The notes under the pieces were generated by a model, which did no database searches, was not told the origin of the DNA, and was given only the letters and a program-made list of their open reading frames with translations. Shown in pieces: positions 23,674 to 37,866 of a DNA stretch of 64,000 nt (its first letter is position 1; every line of letters starts with the position of its first letter). The position numbers were made by a program, and so were the translations under genes. The stretch covers positions 33,046,001 to 33,110,000 of the forward strand of contig NC_135761.1 in assembly GCF_052425735.1 (NCBI RefSeq), in the 5' to 3' direction. This DNA comes from Oculina patagonica (Eukaryota).

Positions 23674-23985
23674 AAGGTTCAACAAAAGTTTGACGAGTTT
23701 ACACTGGGCCAAACTAGTGAAACTCATGAACGATATGTATTCAATAGTCGTAATTAAGAAGCACAAGAGTCCATTGATGCCTATGTCACTGCCCTTTGCA
23801 ATCTAGTTAGGTCATGCAATTTCTGCGATTGAATGCGTGACACTCTGATCAGAGACCGTATTGTTCTCAAAATAATCAACAATACCATAAGAAAGAAGCT
23901 TCTGCAAGCGCGAAGTCTCACCCTCAATCAATGCATAGATATTTGTGAAGTGATGAAGCCACAGCGACCCAGTTAGAAGCTATTT
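23674..23985 (+). pseudogene. Gypsy (Mag-like) gag fragment
   Basis: KFDEFTLGQTSETHERYVFNSRN*EAQESIDAYVTAL..L.RSCNFCD*MRDTLIRDRIV....IRKKLLQARSLTLNQCIDIC. Confidence 0.8.
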
Positions 23986-24620
23986 CTGGGGACGATAGCG
24001 TGCTAAAATAAGAGATTGGAGACGAAATGGCAAGAAAGATAAACATCCCTCATGCAATGGGAAGAATGATAGGAATGTGCCACCGAAACCTCCTGGCTAA
24101 TCTCACAAGTTATTGTTGACCACATATTTTCCATGACACATTCTGACCCTTTAGTAACTCGTATCTATATGAAAGAATTACAACGTACACAAAAATATTA
24201 ACCTATACAATCATATATTGTTGTGTAGAATGATCTTCAGATGTGTAAATTTTCTTTTGCCTGCCAAGATATAAAAGAAACCGTTTGGAGTGTTAATGCT
24301 GAAGGGGGAGCTAAGTGGCTTGCTGTGTATTTATATCACAAAGGCAATCTTTATCCCTATCAGAAAGGAAACCAAACAAAAAAGATTGTTGTTTAATCAC
24401 CGAATCTTAGGGCCAGATTTAATTGCTGGTATTTCGAGTAAGAAGAAAACATAGAGACTGTCGCTGAGTGCATATTTGTCATGTCTGTAAGTACCTAGTG
24501 TATATGTTGTACTGTTTTGATCTTTTTGAAGAAGGTTAAGTGCTACAACACCAAAATATCCACTTTCTAACTGTTTTTATCAATTGTTATAGCCCCACTC
24601 TCTGAGTGACACACAATACA

Positions 24621-24860
24621 AACTGTTCTATTTGACCCCCGAAGCAGTTGTGACAGAAAGAATTAAAAAAATTGGAGAAGAATAAGGTACTGGGAAGATT
24701 TGTAATTGATGAGGCTCACTGAGTCGACACATGTGGATCAACGTTCAGGCCAGCATATGCAATGCTCAATTCCCTTACGATTTTCAACAGACCTGTGCTT
24801 GCCTTCACTGGAACTGCAACTCCCTGAACACAGAAAATAATGATTAAAACAAATTGGCCA
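24621..24860 (+). pseudogene. RecQ-type DEAH helicase fragment 1
   Basis: KLFYLTPE...LGRFVIDEAH*VDTCGSTFRPAY...PVLAFTGTATP (motifs Ib, II, aromatic loop, III), with stops. Confidence 0.8.
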
Positions 24861-25014
24861 TGACAAGTCATGTTATCATTGAATTACCACAGGAGCAATT
24901 TGGTTTTTAAAGTTTTGCCTAAAAATGATCAAATGGAATTGTACACTGTTCTGAAAGAAAAGACCCAAACGAAATTGCATTTTTGCTGAAAAATTATGCA
25001 ACCCTGCCTGAGAA

Positions 25015-25300
25015 AAAGTATGCAATTTGGGTGTCATATTGGACAAGGAACTAAATGTCATTTGCAAGGCTATCCTGGCAATATGATCAATAAGTTGACT
25101 GAGGAAATATTTTTCATATGACACTTTCAAATGAATTGTGAATGTTTTTGTCATTTCACGCCTGGATTACTGCAACAGTATACTCTACTGCCTCCCTAAG
25201 CTCGAGAATAATAAACTGCAGTGAATACAGAACATTGCGGTGCCACTGATTACTGGAAGTAAGTGGAAAGAACACATAACTCCTGCCATCAAGGAGCTGA
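25015..25300 (+). pseudogene. L2/CR1-group LINE ORF2 C-terminal fragment
   Basis: NLGVILDKEL...FVISRLDYCNSILYCLP...KLQ*IQN...HITPAIKEL. Confidence 0.8.
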
Positions 25301-26728
25301 GAAGACATTGTCCTTGGTTGTTATGTCCAAGTCCATTCAATCAAGTCTGGAGAAGGGCAAAAGAGAAGTATTGTGAACCCCTCAGTAAAGGTGAAGATTG
25401 CTAAACCATACACTCCTTTGTATCTCTTGAAACTCTTTGATCCATAGTCAAAAATCTTCGAAAGACTTCAGTTGAACCATGGACACCTTCTAAACTCTTC
25501 GGGTCAACTTTGAAAATCTTCGGCAGTCTTCGTGTAAACTTCGGAAACCCTAGAAAGTATTCATGTCCACTTCAGACATCTTCGAAAGTCTTCGAGCCCA
25601 CTTTGGAAATCTTCCGAAGATTTCGCTTCAAGTTCGAAAATCTTTGGAAGATTTCAAGTTGACTTCAGTAACCTTTGGAAAACTTCAGGTGAACTTTGGA
25701 AGTCTTGGAATGCTTTGTGGGCACTTTCCGAGGTTTTTAGTAAACTTTGTGTCAACTTCGGCTAATTGGAGTAACTGGTACACTTGTAGAGTTCAATCTC
25801 AGATTAATTGTACTCCTTGCCCAAACAGAATTCACTAATTCTGTTATGTGTACTGTTTAATAGTCGTTACACTTATTGATGTATTGATGCTCTGCTATTC
25901 TTAGCTAAGTTTATTTTCATAAACTGTGTTTGGTCACAGCACAAATTTTTTCTTGCATTTTTGCTCGCTTGGTAGCGTAGTAAAAATGGCGCCTGCGCAA
26001 AAAAGGTGTCTAAAAATGGCTTACTCGTGAAAGAGATATTCGCAACCCCATTACCATAGATATTTTAGGAACTTCTGGAAATATTTAATTCTTGGCAGCA
26101 GGACTAATAGCCACTTTGTTTTATGTCGCTTTGTTTACAGAATTATCAGCTAAAAGCAGTCTATCAGATGAAGAACAAAATCATTGTGTGCCACTCAGCG
26201 ACCATGAAAGCAACCAATCTGATGACGAATAAAACCGTAGTTTGCCACTCAGTGACCATGATTTCAGCAATGCGAGTATACAATCTGATCAGGAAGTTGA
26301 CATTTTGAGGTATGTATTTTTCATGCCCGACCCGATACCCATTATGAACCGGGGGTGGTGTGATAGATTCTCCCTGAGGCATATTATACCCCTCTTTTTA
26401 TCAGACATTTATCAGCTAAGTGCGACAACAGTGCCTGATGGAAGCTGCTAGTTTCTCAGCAATTGAAACGAGAACTGGGATTGCATGGTGACAATGAAAA
26501 ACGTACAGGTAAACTTGGACTCTTTGATAGCAAGTGAAATGAACAATGTGACTGTGGCCTAGTTAAGTGGGGGGACAACTTCGAACACCTGTAGCAGCCT
26601 TTTTTCACCTCTTCGACGCTCCTACCGGCAGCTCCCACTTCTAACAAAACTACTTTTGGTGCCATCCCAGCCAACCATTCTTCGCCATCAGATTTGTGAT
26701 CCTTGGTCTTGGTACAACTATTGCTACG

Positions 26729-26851
26729 ACAGAATAACCACAACATAGTGAACCACTATACTTTCCTACGTTTTCAGTACTTTGGCCATTAACATAATTC
26801 TGAAGAAAATGTGCAAATTATAACTATAAGTCGGAAAGGTACAGAATAGTT
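26729..26851 (+). repeat. 123-bp exact direct repeat, copy 1 (copy 2 at 31837-31959)
   Basis: Identical by eye; starts with ACAGAATA and ends with ACAGAATAGTT. Confidence 0.9.
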
Positions 26852-28699
26852 TTATGAGATCGAAGGAGGTTTTCCCTGGGAAATTTAACATCTAACATTT
26901 GACATTATTTATTACTTTATATTAGTTATTCAGTTATTCTTACTATATATAAGGTCATTTTTCTTATTACCGACGTTATTGGTGTTTTTATTAACTGTTG
27001 TTAAATTGCAAAAAAGTAGTTTTTTCCTGTTTTCAGAATTTTATGGTTAATTGAGAGAATCTAAAAAAAAATGGGAAAGTGGGAGGCTACACATCAAATC
27101 AGGATTCTACCAATGTAATGGGGATAAAAAAATAAAAATATGGCATTTAAGATTCACTCACTTATTTTTTTTTTTACAGATTGACCAACAAGTAAATCAG
27201 TTTTCTTGTAACTATATTTGTTATCTCTAAACCTATTTCCAACTATCATTATTTGTATATATTTCAGAGAACTTCCTGGCAGATTTGTACATACGTGGAG
27301 AAAGTACATTCCAAATTGAGGATAATGGGAAACAAAAAGTCATGTCTGTGGAACGTGCCGAGTTCTACCTTACAGATGAAGCAGTTAATGTCTTCAGACG
27401 AATCCATGATGAATGGGAAATAGAAGTGTGCAAAAGAAATCCACACGATGCACTGATTGGAGATATTTTCAAACCTGACATGTTAACAACCCCATGACCT
27501 AAAGATTCTAAACTTCCCTTTAAAACCTTATACCCTACTTTGTCAGGGTTTTGTTTTTACTTGCCACCACCTGTTCTTCATAAATTTAAAAGGATGAATG
27601 TAAAACTCCCTTGTTATATATCAGTGAGTAAGTTACTACCCAGAAAAACCTAGGCTTCCTTTTGCAATTTCTAACAACACTTATTGCATTAATTTACTCC
27701 ACAAATCTTTTCCCGAGGAAAATCACATGTGCTTCGCCTGGCAGAACCAATTCAGTTGCTATGGGATGAATTTGAGCTTATATATGGAGATGAGGTAACT
27801 TGATTGAAAAACATCTCTTATAAAAAAAAATACCATTTTTTGCCAAAAGAAACAAATATTTTCGAATAATCTCAGGGACAATGTCATGGAATTGTCCCAA
27901 CCCTTGTAATCACCTCAGAACTTACACTAACATTGAAACTTTTGCTCAGGTCTGGTGGATACAAGTGAACATACAGACTACTTTTGTTTAAAATTAGATC
28001 AATGCTGAACTTGGTCATTGGAAGTCATTTAAACGGCCATCTTTATCACTGATCCTCTTTAACAAATGCCAATACCATCTGTCTGATGACCATGATTGGA
28101 TTGGATTCCAATTCCATCCAGCCTCTGTCATCTTTTGTCCATAACATTTTGTGGGGTCCTCTTTTCCTCTTTCCTGCAGGGGTCTATCTTATGGCTTTCC
28201 TCTGGGTGGCATTTGGAGCCACTTAAATCTTAAAAGTATTTACCCACTGGGATTTCTTTCATCATCATTTTAATACTTATCCCAAAATGAAATTTTTCCA
28301 TCATGGCATTCTCTTCTTTGGCATCCCATGAAGCTTGATTCCACCATATGATCCTTTTTTTTGCTTCTTCCGAAACAATACGTGTGCAGCATGTTTATCC
28401 TCTTACCATTTTATAACATTCCATTTCAGTGTTGAACGATCGATTTCGAGTGTTATTTACATCATTTTTCCTCTAAAATATTCTAGTTAGTGGTTTCCTT
28501 AAAAAAATCATCATTTTTTATTTTAATGTGATCTTTAATCTTGCAGGTTCTTGTGTCGCGAATTCTTAATCAACAAAGCACAAAAGGAAGTACTTTGCAA
28601 AGGACATCAAACCAAATATTAAACAATGGAAAATAAATACATCATATACAAATAAATATACAAAGAAATTTTCAGTTATCTGCATATGTTAAATGTCCA

Positions 28700-30610
28700 T
28701 TGCAGATTTGTCCTTGGCCACTTTTTCCAGTTGGTTCCAACTCATCCCAGTCTGTTGTACTTCAGCCTCAGTTGATCTTCTCCATGTTGTTTTAGGCCTT
28801 CCTCGGTTCCTTTTACCCTGAGGTGTCCATCGAAGGGCATGCCTGGTGACATTGGCAGATGGCTTTCTCAGCGTATGGCCTAGCCAGCGCCATTTCCTTT
28901 TCCTGACTTGCAGGTGGAGAGGTTGTTGTTCTGCTCTCTTCCATAGATCTTCATTTCTGACTTTATCTTGCCATCGAACTCGGAGGATACCGTATTTATT
29001 CGGCTATAAGCCGAGCGATTTTTTCACCAAATCTTGCAGAAAACTGGTCAAAACCCAACCAAATTGGGGGTTCGGCTTATAGCCGAGTATTTCCGCCGAA
29101 AAAAAATTCCATGGTACTAGAAAAGAGTTGAATTTGAATAAATTATTCATCTATAAGCCGAGCGATCATCGATAAAGAAAATTAACAAGCATTTGTAATT
29201 AATTCTTGTTCATTACCTTTTATTTAAGTGGCAGCTCCTAAAAAGCCATTTGGTTTAGTGAAAAAACGTTAAGAATGAAGTTTTTATTCGTCATTTCTTC
29301 GCTATTTACTAGTAGGCTGGAACTGCGGTCGTCCATCGGCTCGCTCTGGAATATTATTTTGTCGGCGTGCGTGATCGTCTTTTGAACGGTCGAGATCATT
29401 CGAAATCTCGCATGTATTAAACAATTTCCTTGCAATCTCTTCCACAAGCAAATTTCTGCCTGAGACTGTTTCTTTTCCTTCAGTTTTTTAAAAGTTTTAT
29501 GCAGAATCACCGCTAACGTGACACGTCAAGAGAAGAAAGAAAGAATCGATTGTTTTGACTTGCTTTGGCGACGTCAGAAACTGACCAATCAGAAGCGGTT
29601 GTTCTCACGCGCTTGGCAAACATTGTAACACGATCTATCAGAAAGCGGCTGGCTGGATGTAATATTTTTGATCAAAACTACAAACTTTTAATACCACGAC
29701 TTCTCTGCTAAAAGAAACCACTTCAGAAAAGCTTGATTGGATTCAGAATATTCGGCAAATACCGGCAACAGCACGGCGTTTCGTGTTGATAACATCTAAA
29801 GTTCATCCACTTGATCTGCTCGCTGGCGACTTGCAAAATATTTTGCAACGAACTGAACAGTATTCATCCCGTATTCTCTGGCGATTTTGCAGTTGTTTTG
29901 AACGGTCTCTACCTCAGCAACAACTTTCATCGGAAGGTTTAGTTGTTTGAAAACTAGTAGCTTTTGGAATGATGATCGATAACCACTTAATTCTTCAGAA
30001 GAATGCGTGATTGTTTGAGATGGGATTCTAAACTCAGGTGAATTGTTTGTCACACGTATGTACGGTTCTAAATAAATTCACCTTTTATTAGTAATTTCTT
30101 TTGTTGTTTTTTCAATTGCATACATGTAGTTGTGATTTAACAAATATGTTGATTTGCTGCACGTGGATTGTTTTGTAGTTTGAAGGGAAAACTGGGTCTC
30201 GGCTTATAGCCGAGTGTTTTGGGTTTATTTTTTGTCAGACTCGAACTGGTTCTGAAAACCGAAAGTTTAGGGTCTCGGCTTATAGCCGGGGTCGGCTTAT
30301 AGCCGAATAAATACGGTATGTCGGAGACAACGGTTGACGAAGGTCTGTATCGTGTTGTTAGAGGCTTTGGTGACACGCCATGTTTCACAGGCATACAGAA
30401 GAACACTCTTCACATTGGTATTGAAGATTCGAAGCTTGGTCTTCACTCAGATTGCACGTGATCTCCATATTGGTCTTAGGATATGAAATGCAGTTGTGGC
30501 CTTCCCGATCCTTGCTACGATGTCCTGGTCTGTTCCACCCTCACTAGAGACAATGCTGCCAAGATAGGTGAACTTTTCGATGTTTTGGATTTCGTCTCCT
30601 CCGATCCGAC
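28700..30610 (-). mobile_element. 5'-truncated RTE-clade LINE interrupted by a MITE
   Basis: Minus strand: EKFTYLGSIVS..GGTDQDIVARIGKA...KTKLRIFNTNVKSVLLYACETW...CLRHI | LRVRWQDKVRNEDLW...KWRWLGHTLR...ALRWTPQGKRNRGRPKTTWRR. Confidence 0.88.
28990..30316. mobile_element. Tc1/mariner (pogo-like) non-autonomous element, 1327 bp
   Basis: Perfect 25-bp TIR CCGTATTTATTCGGCTATAAGCCGA; TA TSD (28988-28989, 30317-30318); the RTE frame resumes across it. Confidence 0.92.
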
Positions 30611-31836
30611 ACCTCGATCCGACACCATGTATGATAAAGTGCGTAAACGTTTTTAGTACTTCACTTGCACAATTTATTGGACTTGTCGGCAGTGTTGTCC
30701 TTTGCTAAAATCTTTGAGATGTGGCTCTTCATAATGCTTTCCATGTTGCCTATGTACCACAAGCTGACCTTCACATTGTTTCTATTCATCTCTTGTGTGC
30801 AAATTGACACCTTAGAAAACACTTATCACGTTAGTAGAGGAACGATCTCTCAATATTCATTTGGAGATTGTCACTGTATGGTTAAACCAAATGAAGTTTT
30901 CTTTGGTATCTTTCTTCATCTGCTGTCTGTCCAGTTATTGTTTCTGTGGTTTTTGTGGTTTGGGGCATTCATTGTAAAACTGGAACATCTTATTACATTT
31001 ATCAGGGTCACAACTTAAGCTCCATAAAAGCTCCTTGCCAAAATTGCCAAATGATGTTCAGTACATTAGTTGGCTTCAAATCTCACAGTGATCTTTCTGA
31101 AAATAAAAGAAGTGACACATTCTTAAGTGCATGTGGCGAATATTGTCCTGTTGATCAGCTTCTTGAGGATGAGGTTAAGGCTTTGTCCAAAATAGATAAG
31201 CAATCTAAATTTACTGCACTAAAGAAATATAAGGCTCGATGTCCAGTACTTTTTTGTTCCCTTCAAGGAACGATCCAACGATCCTAAAGGTCTGAAAAGA
31301 TTTACAGGGAAATAATAGAGAACGTATATATTTTTGGTACAAAACCAGAATGAAATAATCAGTTACATCTAAACTTCTAAGAACTTAGTTCCATGCAAGA
31401 ACCCAGCGGACTGAGACCAAGTAATTAGTTGACTAAAATTATTTTTGTGGTGGTTCTGGCTAATTTTTTACACAGTCTCTGCATTGCACTGCACTGTATG
31501 GGTCCTTTTGTTGGCTTTGCGCATTAGTTAGTTGTTGGTCTTTTGCTTTCAATTGTCCTTGCAAATTAGAAACTGACACCAAAGCAACCCTTGTATCATC
31601 CTGGCTGGTCTCCCAGAAAACTTTGCAATAAGATATATCCTTGTTGCCTTATTCCCTAACCAACAAAGCTCTTTCAACAACAGCTACATCAACTTTGTGG
31701 CCTTCTTTAACCTAACACCAAACAATATAGAAAGTGGACACCCTGGCATTTCCTTCAAGGCGACGTCACCAGGCAACAGTGCCCCGATCATCTATTGGTA
31801 TCATGAGAATACCGTCGCTGAGAAGGGCCAGGGATT

Positions 31837-31959
31837 ACAGAATAACCACAACATAGTGAACCACTATACTTTCCTACGTTTTCAGTACTTTGGCCATTAA
31901 CATAATTCTGAAGAAAATGTGCAAATTATAACTATAAGTCGGAAAGGTACAGAATAGTT
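31837..31959 (+). repeat. 123-bp exact direct repeat, copy 2
   Basis: Identical to 26729-26851. Confidence 0.9.
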
Positions 31960-32164
31960 ATATTGATTTTAAAAACAAGCAAACTACTCATAAACTATAC
32001 CTGTAGACCGCAAAAATAAGCATGATGATCCCCTCTTTTTATTTCATGTATGAGTTGTAATGAACAACTGTGCAAAGTTTTAAAAAGACTTTATTATTTT
32101 TTTTTCAATTGAATCCCCTTAACTAAGGATCTTATGTTTAAGTAGCTTATTTTGAAAACGACTT

Positions 32165-32340
32165 TGTCTCACACCATTGTCCCTCTCTCTTGACGAACAT
32201 CTGTTTATTCATGCACTCATATTTATCTTTTAATGACAGTGAACTAGCTAAAAGTCTCAAGGAAAAAGTGGATTTTCTGTTTGAGTGCGGGATCACTAAA
32301 TTGGGATGGTCATTTGGTGAGAAGGAAAACCTGAAAAGAT
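32165..32340 (+). repeat. Diverged dispersed duplicate of ~36445-36645
   Basis: Shared CTCTCTCTTGA.GAACATCTGTTTATTCAT.CACTCATATT and ATGACAGTGAACTAGCTAA...TTTTCTGTTTGA.TG.GGGAT...AAATTGGGATGGTCATTT. Confidence 0.75.
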
Positions 32341-32711
32341 TTGTCCCTTTTATATAAGTCCATGTATTCAATTTAACTTTAAGTCCAAGCTTGCACAAAT
32401 CTACAACTCATGATCTCAAGGATATACACTGTACGCAGTCTGCTGAGTAATGGTCGATAACTTAAGTCCTAAGTGTCAGATTCATTATTGATTCTTTATT
32501 GTTTGGTGAAATTATTGTCTAAAATCCCAGTCCCAAACTCGCCTGTATTATAAACTTTTACCTGATTACAGGGCATTTAGTTTTGAGACAGCATACATCT
32601 GGTAAATATTTATTATTTCACAGACATACTGCAATTCACTAGTGGACTAAAGTACCGTAGTAAATATTTTAATTTTGGCTCCCAAATTTAATTTTTCTTA
32701 CTTTCTTTTAG

Positions 32712-33280
32712 GGGAACGTCTGCAAAGAATAAGATGGCAAAATTCCTTTCTGCATGTGGAGACTGCATAAACTTAGGACTCTAGCTCCATCAGTAAGATT
32801 GATGGCTTTAACAGCAACAGCAACAGAAGATACAAAGAACACTATCATTGGTCTACGAATAAAAATGTTTACAAAGTTTCTGATAGTCCAAACAAGGGTA
32901 ACGTAGCCTATGTGGTAAATTACATGCCCAATGAAAGTAGGTGCAGGACTATTTCAATTGAAATGTTAAAGAAATTAAACAAGATGCTGAAAAGACAATG
33001 CTTACTGCCAAACAATAGCTCAATGCAAGCATATTTATAGAACAGTGAGATCTATGCTTGGCACGCATATGTACACAACAGAAACTAAATGCCCTGTTTA
33101 GAGACGCTTTACTTGAGCACACCAGAAGACAACAAGCAAGCAGTCTTGCAGTCATTTCATCAAGAAGATGGGCCAACTCAAATTCTTGTGCCAACTATAG
33201 CATTTGGGATGGGGTAGACTGCAAAAGGAGTGCACAGAAATATCCATTTAGGACCTTTCAAAAATGTTGAAGCATTTGGT
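32712..33280 (+). pseudogene. RecQ-type helicase fragment 2
   Basis: LRTLAPSVRLMALTATATEDTK...SDSPNKGNV...STPEDNKQAVLQSF...ILVPTIAFGMGVDC..VHRNIHLGP; several frameshifts. Confidence 0.8.
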
Positions 33281-34012
33281 GGAAATTGACAGACGTCGTG
33301 CTAAAGCGGTCTATCAGCATTTACCAGAAGACTGCTCTGAAGCTTGTAAGGAGCGCGGTGAGGAATAATTTGTTTACTTTCATCAAATTATGATTCAGTT
33401 GAATGACCATACCTAGAAATGATAAATGCACCTGAAAGCATGGAGAATGTAACTTGAAATTTATTATTTATGCCATAATAAGTTATTTGTCATCATCTCT
33501 ATTGAAAAGCTTAATGTTTGCCCATTGTATGATGCAGAGGAAGGTAATAATGGAATGAAATTTTGGTTACCATTAAATGTTATGCACACAGAACAACTTA
33601 TGGCTCTTTTAGTTGTCTCTTTTTTAGCTGTTGAATGCTTTCATAAGATTAAAAAAGCATCATTTGTTCCGGTTCATGTTTGCAGTCTTGCTGGCTAAGG
33701 TAAAAGGTTAAAAGGTACTTGCTTAAGTTCTAGCAGTGTTGGAGATTACACCATTGCTGAAAGAAAGCATATAACAGTTTAAAACCTTAAAAATGTCACA
33801 ATGAAAGCCACCTGTAAGAAGTGGCATTTAATAAGACATTTAAGATAGATGTGCAATTTGAAGGAGACTCGGAATACCTCATTTATTTAAGGTATTAATG
33901 TGCAATTAATTCATCTGTTGCAGTCAAATTTTTGTTCTCAGTTGGATTAGGTAGTATTTTTTCGAACTTGACCCTAACCCTATATTTAATCAGTTAAAAA
34001 ATAAACTAGTTA

Positions 34013-34412
34013 GGCCATCCTAATAAAATGTTTGGTTTCCCATCGCCTGACCGATCCATTTTTTCGAAAAGTAAAAAAAAAATTCAGATTCACTAGTCAA
34101 AGTAGCGAGTACTTCAATTTACATGCACACGATCTTATTTTTTAACAACAATTGGTATGATTTGATGTCTTTGTCTTTAATAAACATTTATACTACGTTA
34201 TTAAAACTATTTAGACATTTGATAAGGGATACGGAATGAAAAGACCACATTTTCGTATTTACTTTGTAATCAGGCTTTCATACATAGCCTGGCCTTCTCT
34301 GGAACCCAACCCCTTAAAGTGATTCATTCATTTTTGTTTTTTTGCCCGATCGACCGACCCACCATCACAAGAGACGGGGCGATGGGAAACGAAACATTTT
34401 ATTTGGATGGCC
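34013..34412. mobile_element. PIF/Harbinger-like MITE
   Basis: TIR GGCCATCC(T/A)AATAAAATGTTT(G/C)GTTTCCCATCGCC; flanks TTA and TTT. Confidence 0.7.
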
Positions 34413-37400
34413 TTTGGAAAAACTGACTAGTTAAAATAATATAAAAAATACTGAGATCAATAACTAATTAACTGCAACACATCCATTGTAACTGGAATTT
34501 TGTATGTTTTGTTTTATGTTTTCCATAGAATATTGTCAAAGGATTACCCCTGTTAAACTACCAAAATGTTTGCACTGCTTCTCCCAAAAATGGAAAGGCC
34601 TTCTGTGAGGAGCATATTGATTACTTGACCAGAGAGCAACCCAACATCCCAACTGATATTCGTGGATTTCTGGCATATTGTGGAATCCAACGTGGTGATT
34701 TAGGTACATGATTAACATGAAATTTGTTATACTTTTTTTATTAATTATTAATTATCATGAAATCTGTTAATGTATTTAGCAAATATCTACATAGCTGATT
34801 ATCTTAAAGTGTCCCTAATTTGTTTTTTGATTGAGTAAATCGTTATATTATATGGAACAAAATTCTACAAATATTTTTTGTTTTGTACCAAGACAGTGAC
34901 TGGGTTTAGACAGCCTGTACATGTACATAAACCTGTAATTTTTTTTGTCTATTTTTTAAATATGTCGATGCGGTATTGTCTTCCATTTAGAATGATGAAG
35001 TTTCTCGATTTGGAAATAGTGCTGTGGAATCTCAAGGTAGACTGCTGTTTTGCTTTTTTTTTGTGAAATGCAGTTCAGTTTTTAGTATAGAGTTTGTAAG
35101 AGTAATACTTTGCAATTCAATTTGTTTAGTAGTGATCAGTATAATTTGTAATTATCAACTTTTTTGTTTGTAACACTGAACAGGAAACACAGAGTTCATA
35201 GAAAGGGACCATGCTGCAGTCAGTAATGTACTTGAACGATGCATCAAACCTAAACCTACAACTTGTAACAAAGATACTGGTGCCAAGCAACGTCTTCAAA
35301 AATGGTCATTTGTTTATTGTGAGAGGAGGAGAGGATCATTGACAAGAAGAATAAAAAAAAAAGACATTCCCAGAAGAGGAACGACAAAAGCTTATACCAT
35401 CATTATGATGAACTTTTATTTCAATTTTAATGCTTTCATTACTACACTTTTTTACAATTACCATAACATTGTTTTTAAACTAAACTTGACCCACATGGGA
35501 GTCCGCATGGGAATGTCTTTTCGTCGCACACGCCTAGCACTGTAGGGAGGGGTAGAATGTTCATTTGTCGCTTGCACGCGTAATCTGACCTCGGTTTTTT
35601 TAAACTTTGAATTTGATAACGGCGTTATGATCTCCGCCTTTCCGCCACATCCACTGACAATGGCGGATTCTTGTCGAATGTGAAAATTCGCAGCAGCTGT
35701 TTAGGTCGTTAAAACCGGGCGATTGCCACGATTTTCAGCCCAAAGCTTGGTAATTTATCGAACTATATTTGACCGAGGCTGGATGGCGAAGCAACGCCTG
35801 GAAATACGAGGAATTGGAAAAATTCTGGGCCGTGTCGGGACTTGGCGGCGTTGGAAGCTGCATGCCTTGTCTTTTTCTTTGGTATTTGTAGGGGGCGTCA
35901 GCGGCAAGTGGGGAATAAACGTCCCAAAACCCCTCAAAATCACACAAAAGCAGACAATCAACAATAGGTAAGTGATCTTTATTTATATGGCTTACAGTTT
36001 ATTGTAATTTAGGAACGAAAGATCTCAAATTCGTCAATTTATGAAGCATATTTTTCGATTGCTTGAATCGAACCGACAACTGAGGGAACGACCGTTGCAA
36101 ATAATTAACGACAGAGCCTGGGCCGCCTGTGGGTGCACTATGAAAATTTTTGCACATTGTGTTCTATCAGATTTATGGTCATTTCTATGTTCTCCAGGGA
36201 CCCAATAGCAGCAAAACCTTCACCAAGAATCCATTGCTGTTAGAAAGGGGTGCATATTATTGGTCAGAGTTTAGTTGGGGATTTCTCTTCAGCAAGAAGG
36301 ACCAGGACTCCAATGCCTTGCAGACTCGACGTATGATTACTTTCTTGGAAGACCATCCTCAGCCACAGCAGAACTAGACAATGGAGTAGACCACAATATT
36401 AAAATGAAAATAAAAAGGATCTTTCTAATTGCGCTGTGACTTTCACACACTGTCCCTCTCTCTCTTGAAGAACATCTGTTTATTCATCCACTCATATTAT
36501 TTATTTGTTTGTTTCATTTACACAGATATTGTTTGCAAGAGATGACAGTGAACTAGCTAAGGTCTCAGGAAAGAAGCCAATTTTCTGTTTGAATGTGGGA
36601 TTAGTAAATTGGGATGGTCATTTAGTGTAAAGGCGAACCTGAAAAAATCGTTATGTAAATGTAGCGTCACATATCAGAAAAGGCAGCCTTAGACCAGTTC
36701 ATCAAAGGGCTGCAAACAGGAGTCCTTGTGCAGATGCAGCCAAAATTTATATTTTTGGATTACCCCAAAACACCGATATTGACTTCTTTGATTACCAACC
36801 TGGCATAAGGCGGTTCCCAACTGCTTCTACTTTCAGTTTAGGCTTAACGCCAGTTATTGTTAAGGCTAAACACTCCCTCCTATCAGAACTTTGAGAGCCT
36901 GATTACCCCAGCTTTTAATGAGGGCTCCCACGCCTTCGGCAAGCTTTAAGTGCTGATATTGTTCAAAGGCAAAATACCAATAAAAATCAGTTATCAGTTA
37001 TATCCCCATGAATTTTAATGTATTGTTACCAGAGCTGATATGTAGAAAAAATAAAAGACTTTTCCAACGATGTTTTTTAAACATGCTCTAAACTGACACT
37101 ACAAAGCACTGTTTAAAATTAAGTAAAAATTAACTGAATAAAATAGTGTAGTGCTTATAGTATACACTGCAGTAAGCAATAAATTGCTTGTTTTTTAACT
37201 TTATTTTCCATGGTTCTTTTTATATGTTTCAGTTATGTCTAGAGTTTAGAATATCAAAACGTTCTCCTCAGCAAATTACAAAATGATACATGTTAACACC
37301 AAAATGTTGACAGGGGAGTTCATAGCCAAAGTAGCTAAAATCTTTAATTTGAAGAAACAGCTCATTGGTTTTTATTTCAGCAAGTTATAAATTTTAAAAA

Positions 37401-37866
37401 TAATGCCTTTCTTTAGTGCGGAAAGAACAAATTGAAAGAGCAAACGGTTTGCAGATGATCGTGAGCGAAAAGTTTCTGTTCCTATGTAACAGAGAATAAA
37501 GATGCTGTGACACGTCACACAAAACGAGGACAAATATCACGTGATTTCTTTGCAAGCGGTGGTGATTTCCATAAAATCGACTTTCATAGAGTCCTATTAG
37601 TTATCTGGATAATATTTATTTTCTTATTGAATAGGTTTCTATGAATAAATTGAGTGGCAATTTCAGCCTCGTTCTTATGTGAGCCCTTGTTTGACCTGTA
37701 TCGACTGACAAAAACATAGCTATAACTCAAAACGTATACCACAATTTGAAACCACAAACTACCTAGCGTGAAAGAGGAGGTTTTAATCTATTGAAATCCG
37801 TCGTCAAATCTTTTCAGTACTCTTGAAGCGCAAAACATCATTTCTGTGCTCCTTGCTCCCGGACTA

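Noticed and set aside
35345-35545. Complete Tc1-like MITE ending CACTG-TA
   Set aside because: Only a ~12-bp inverted match (AAAGACATTCCC) was found and no matching left terminus
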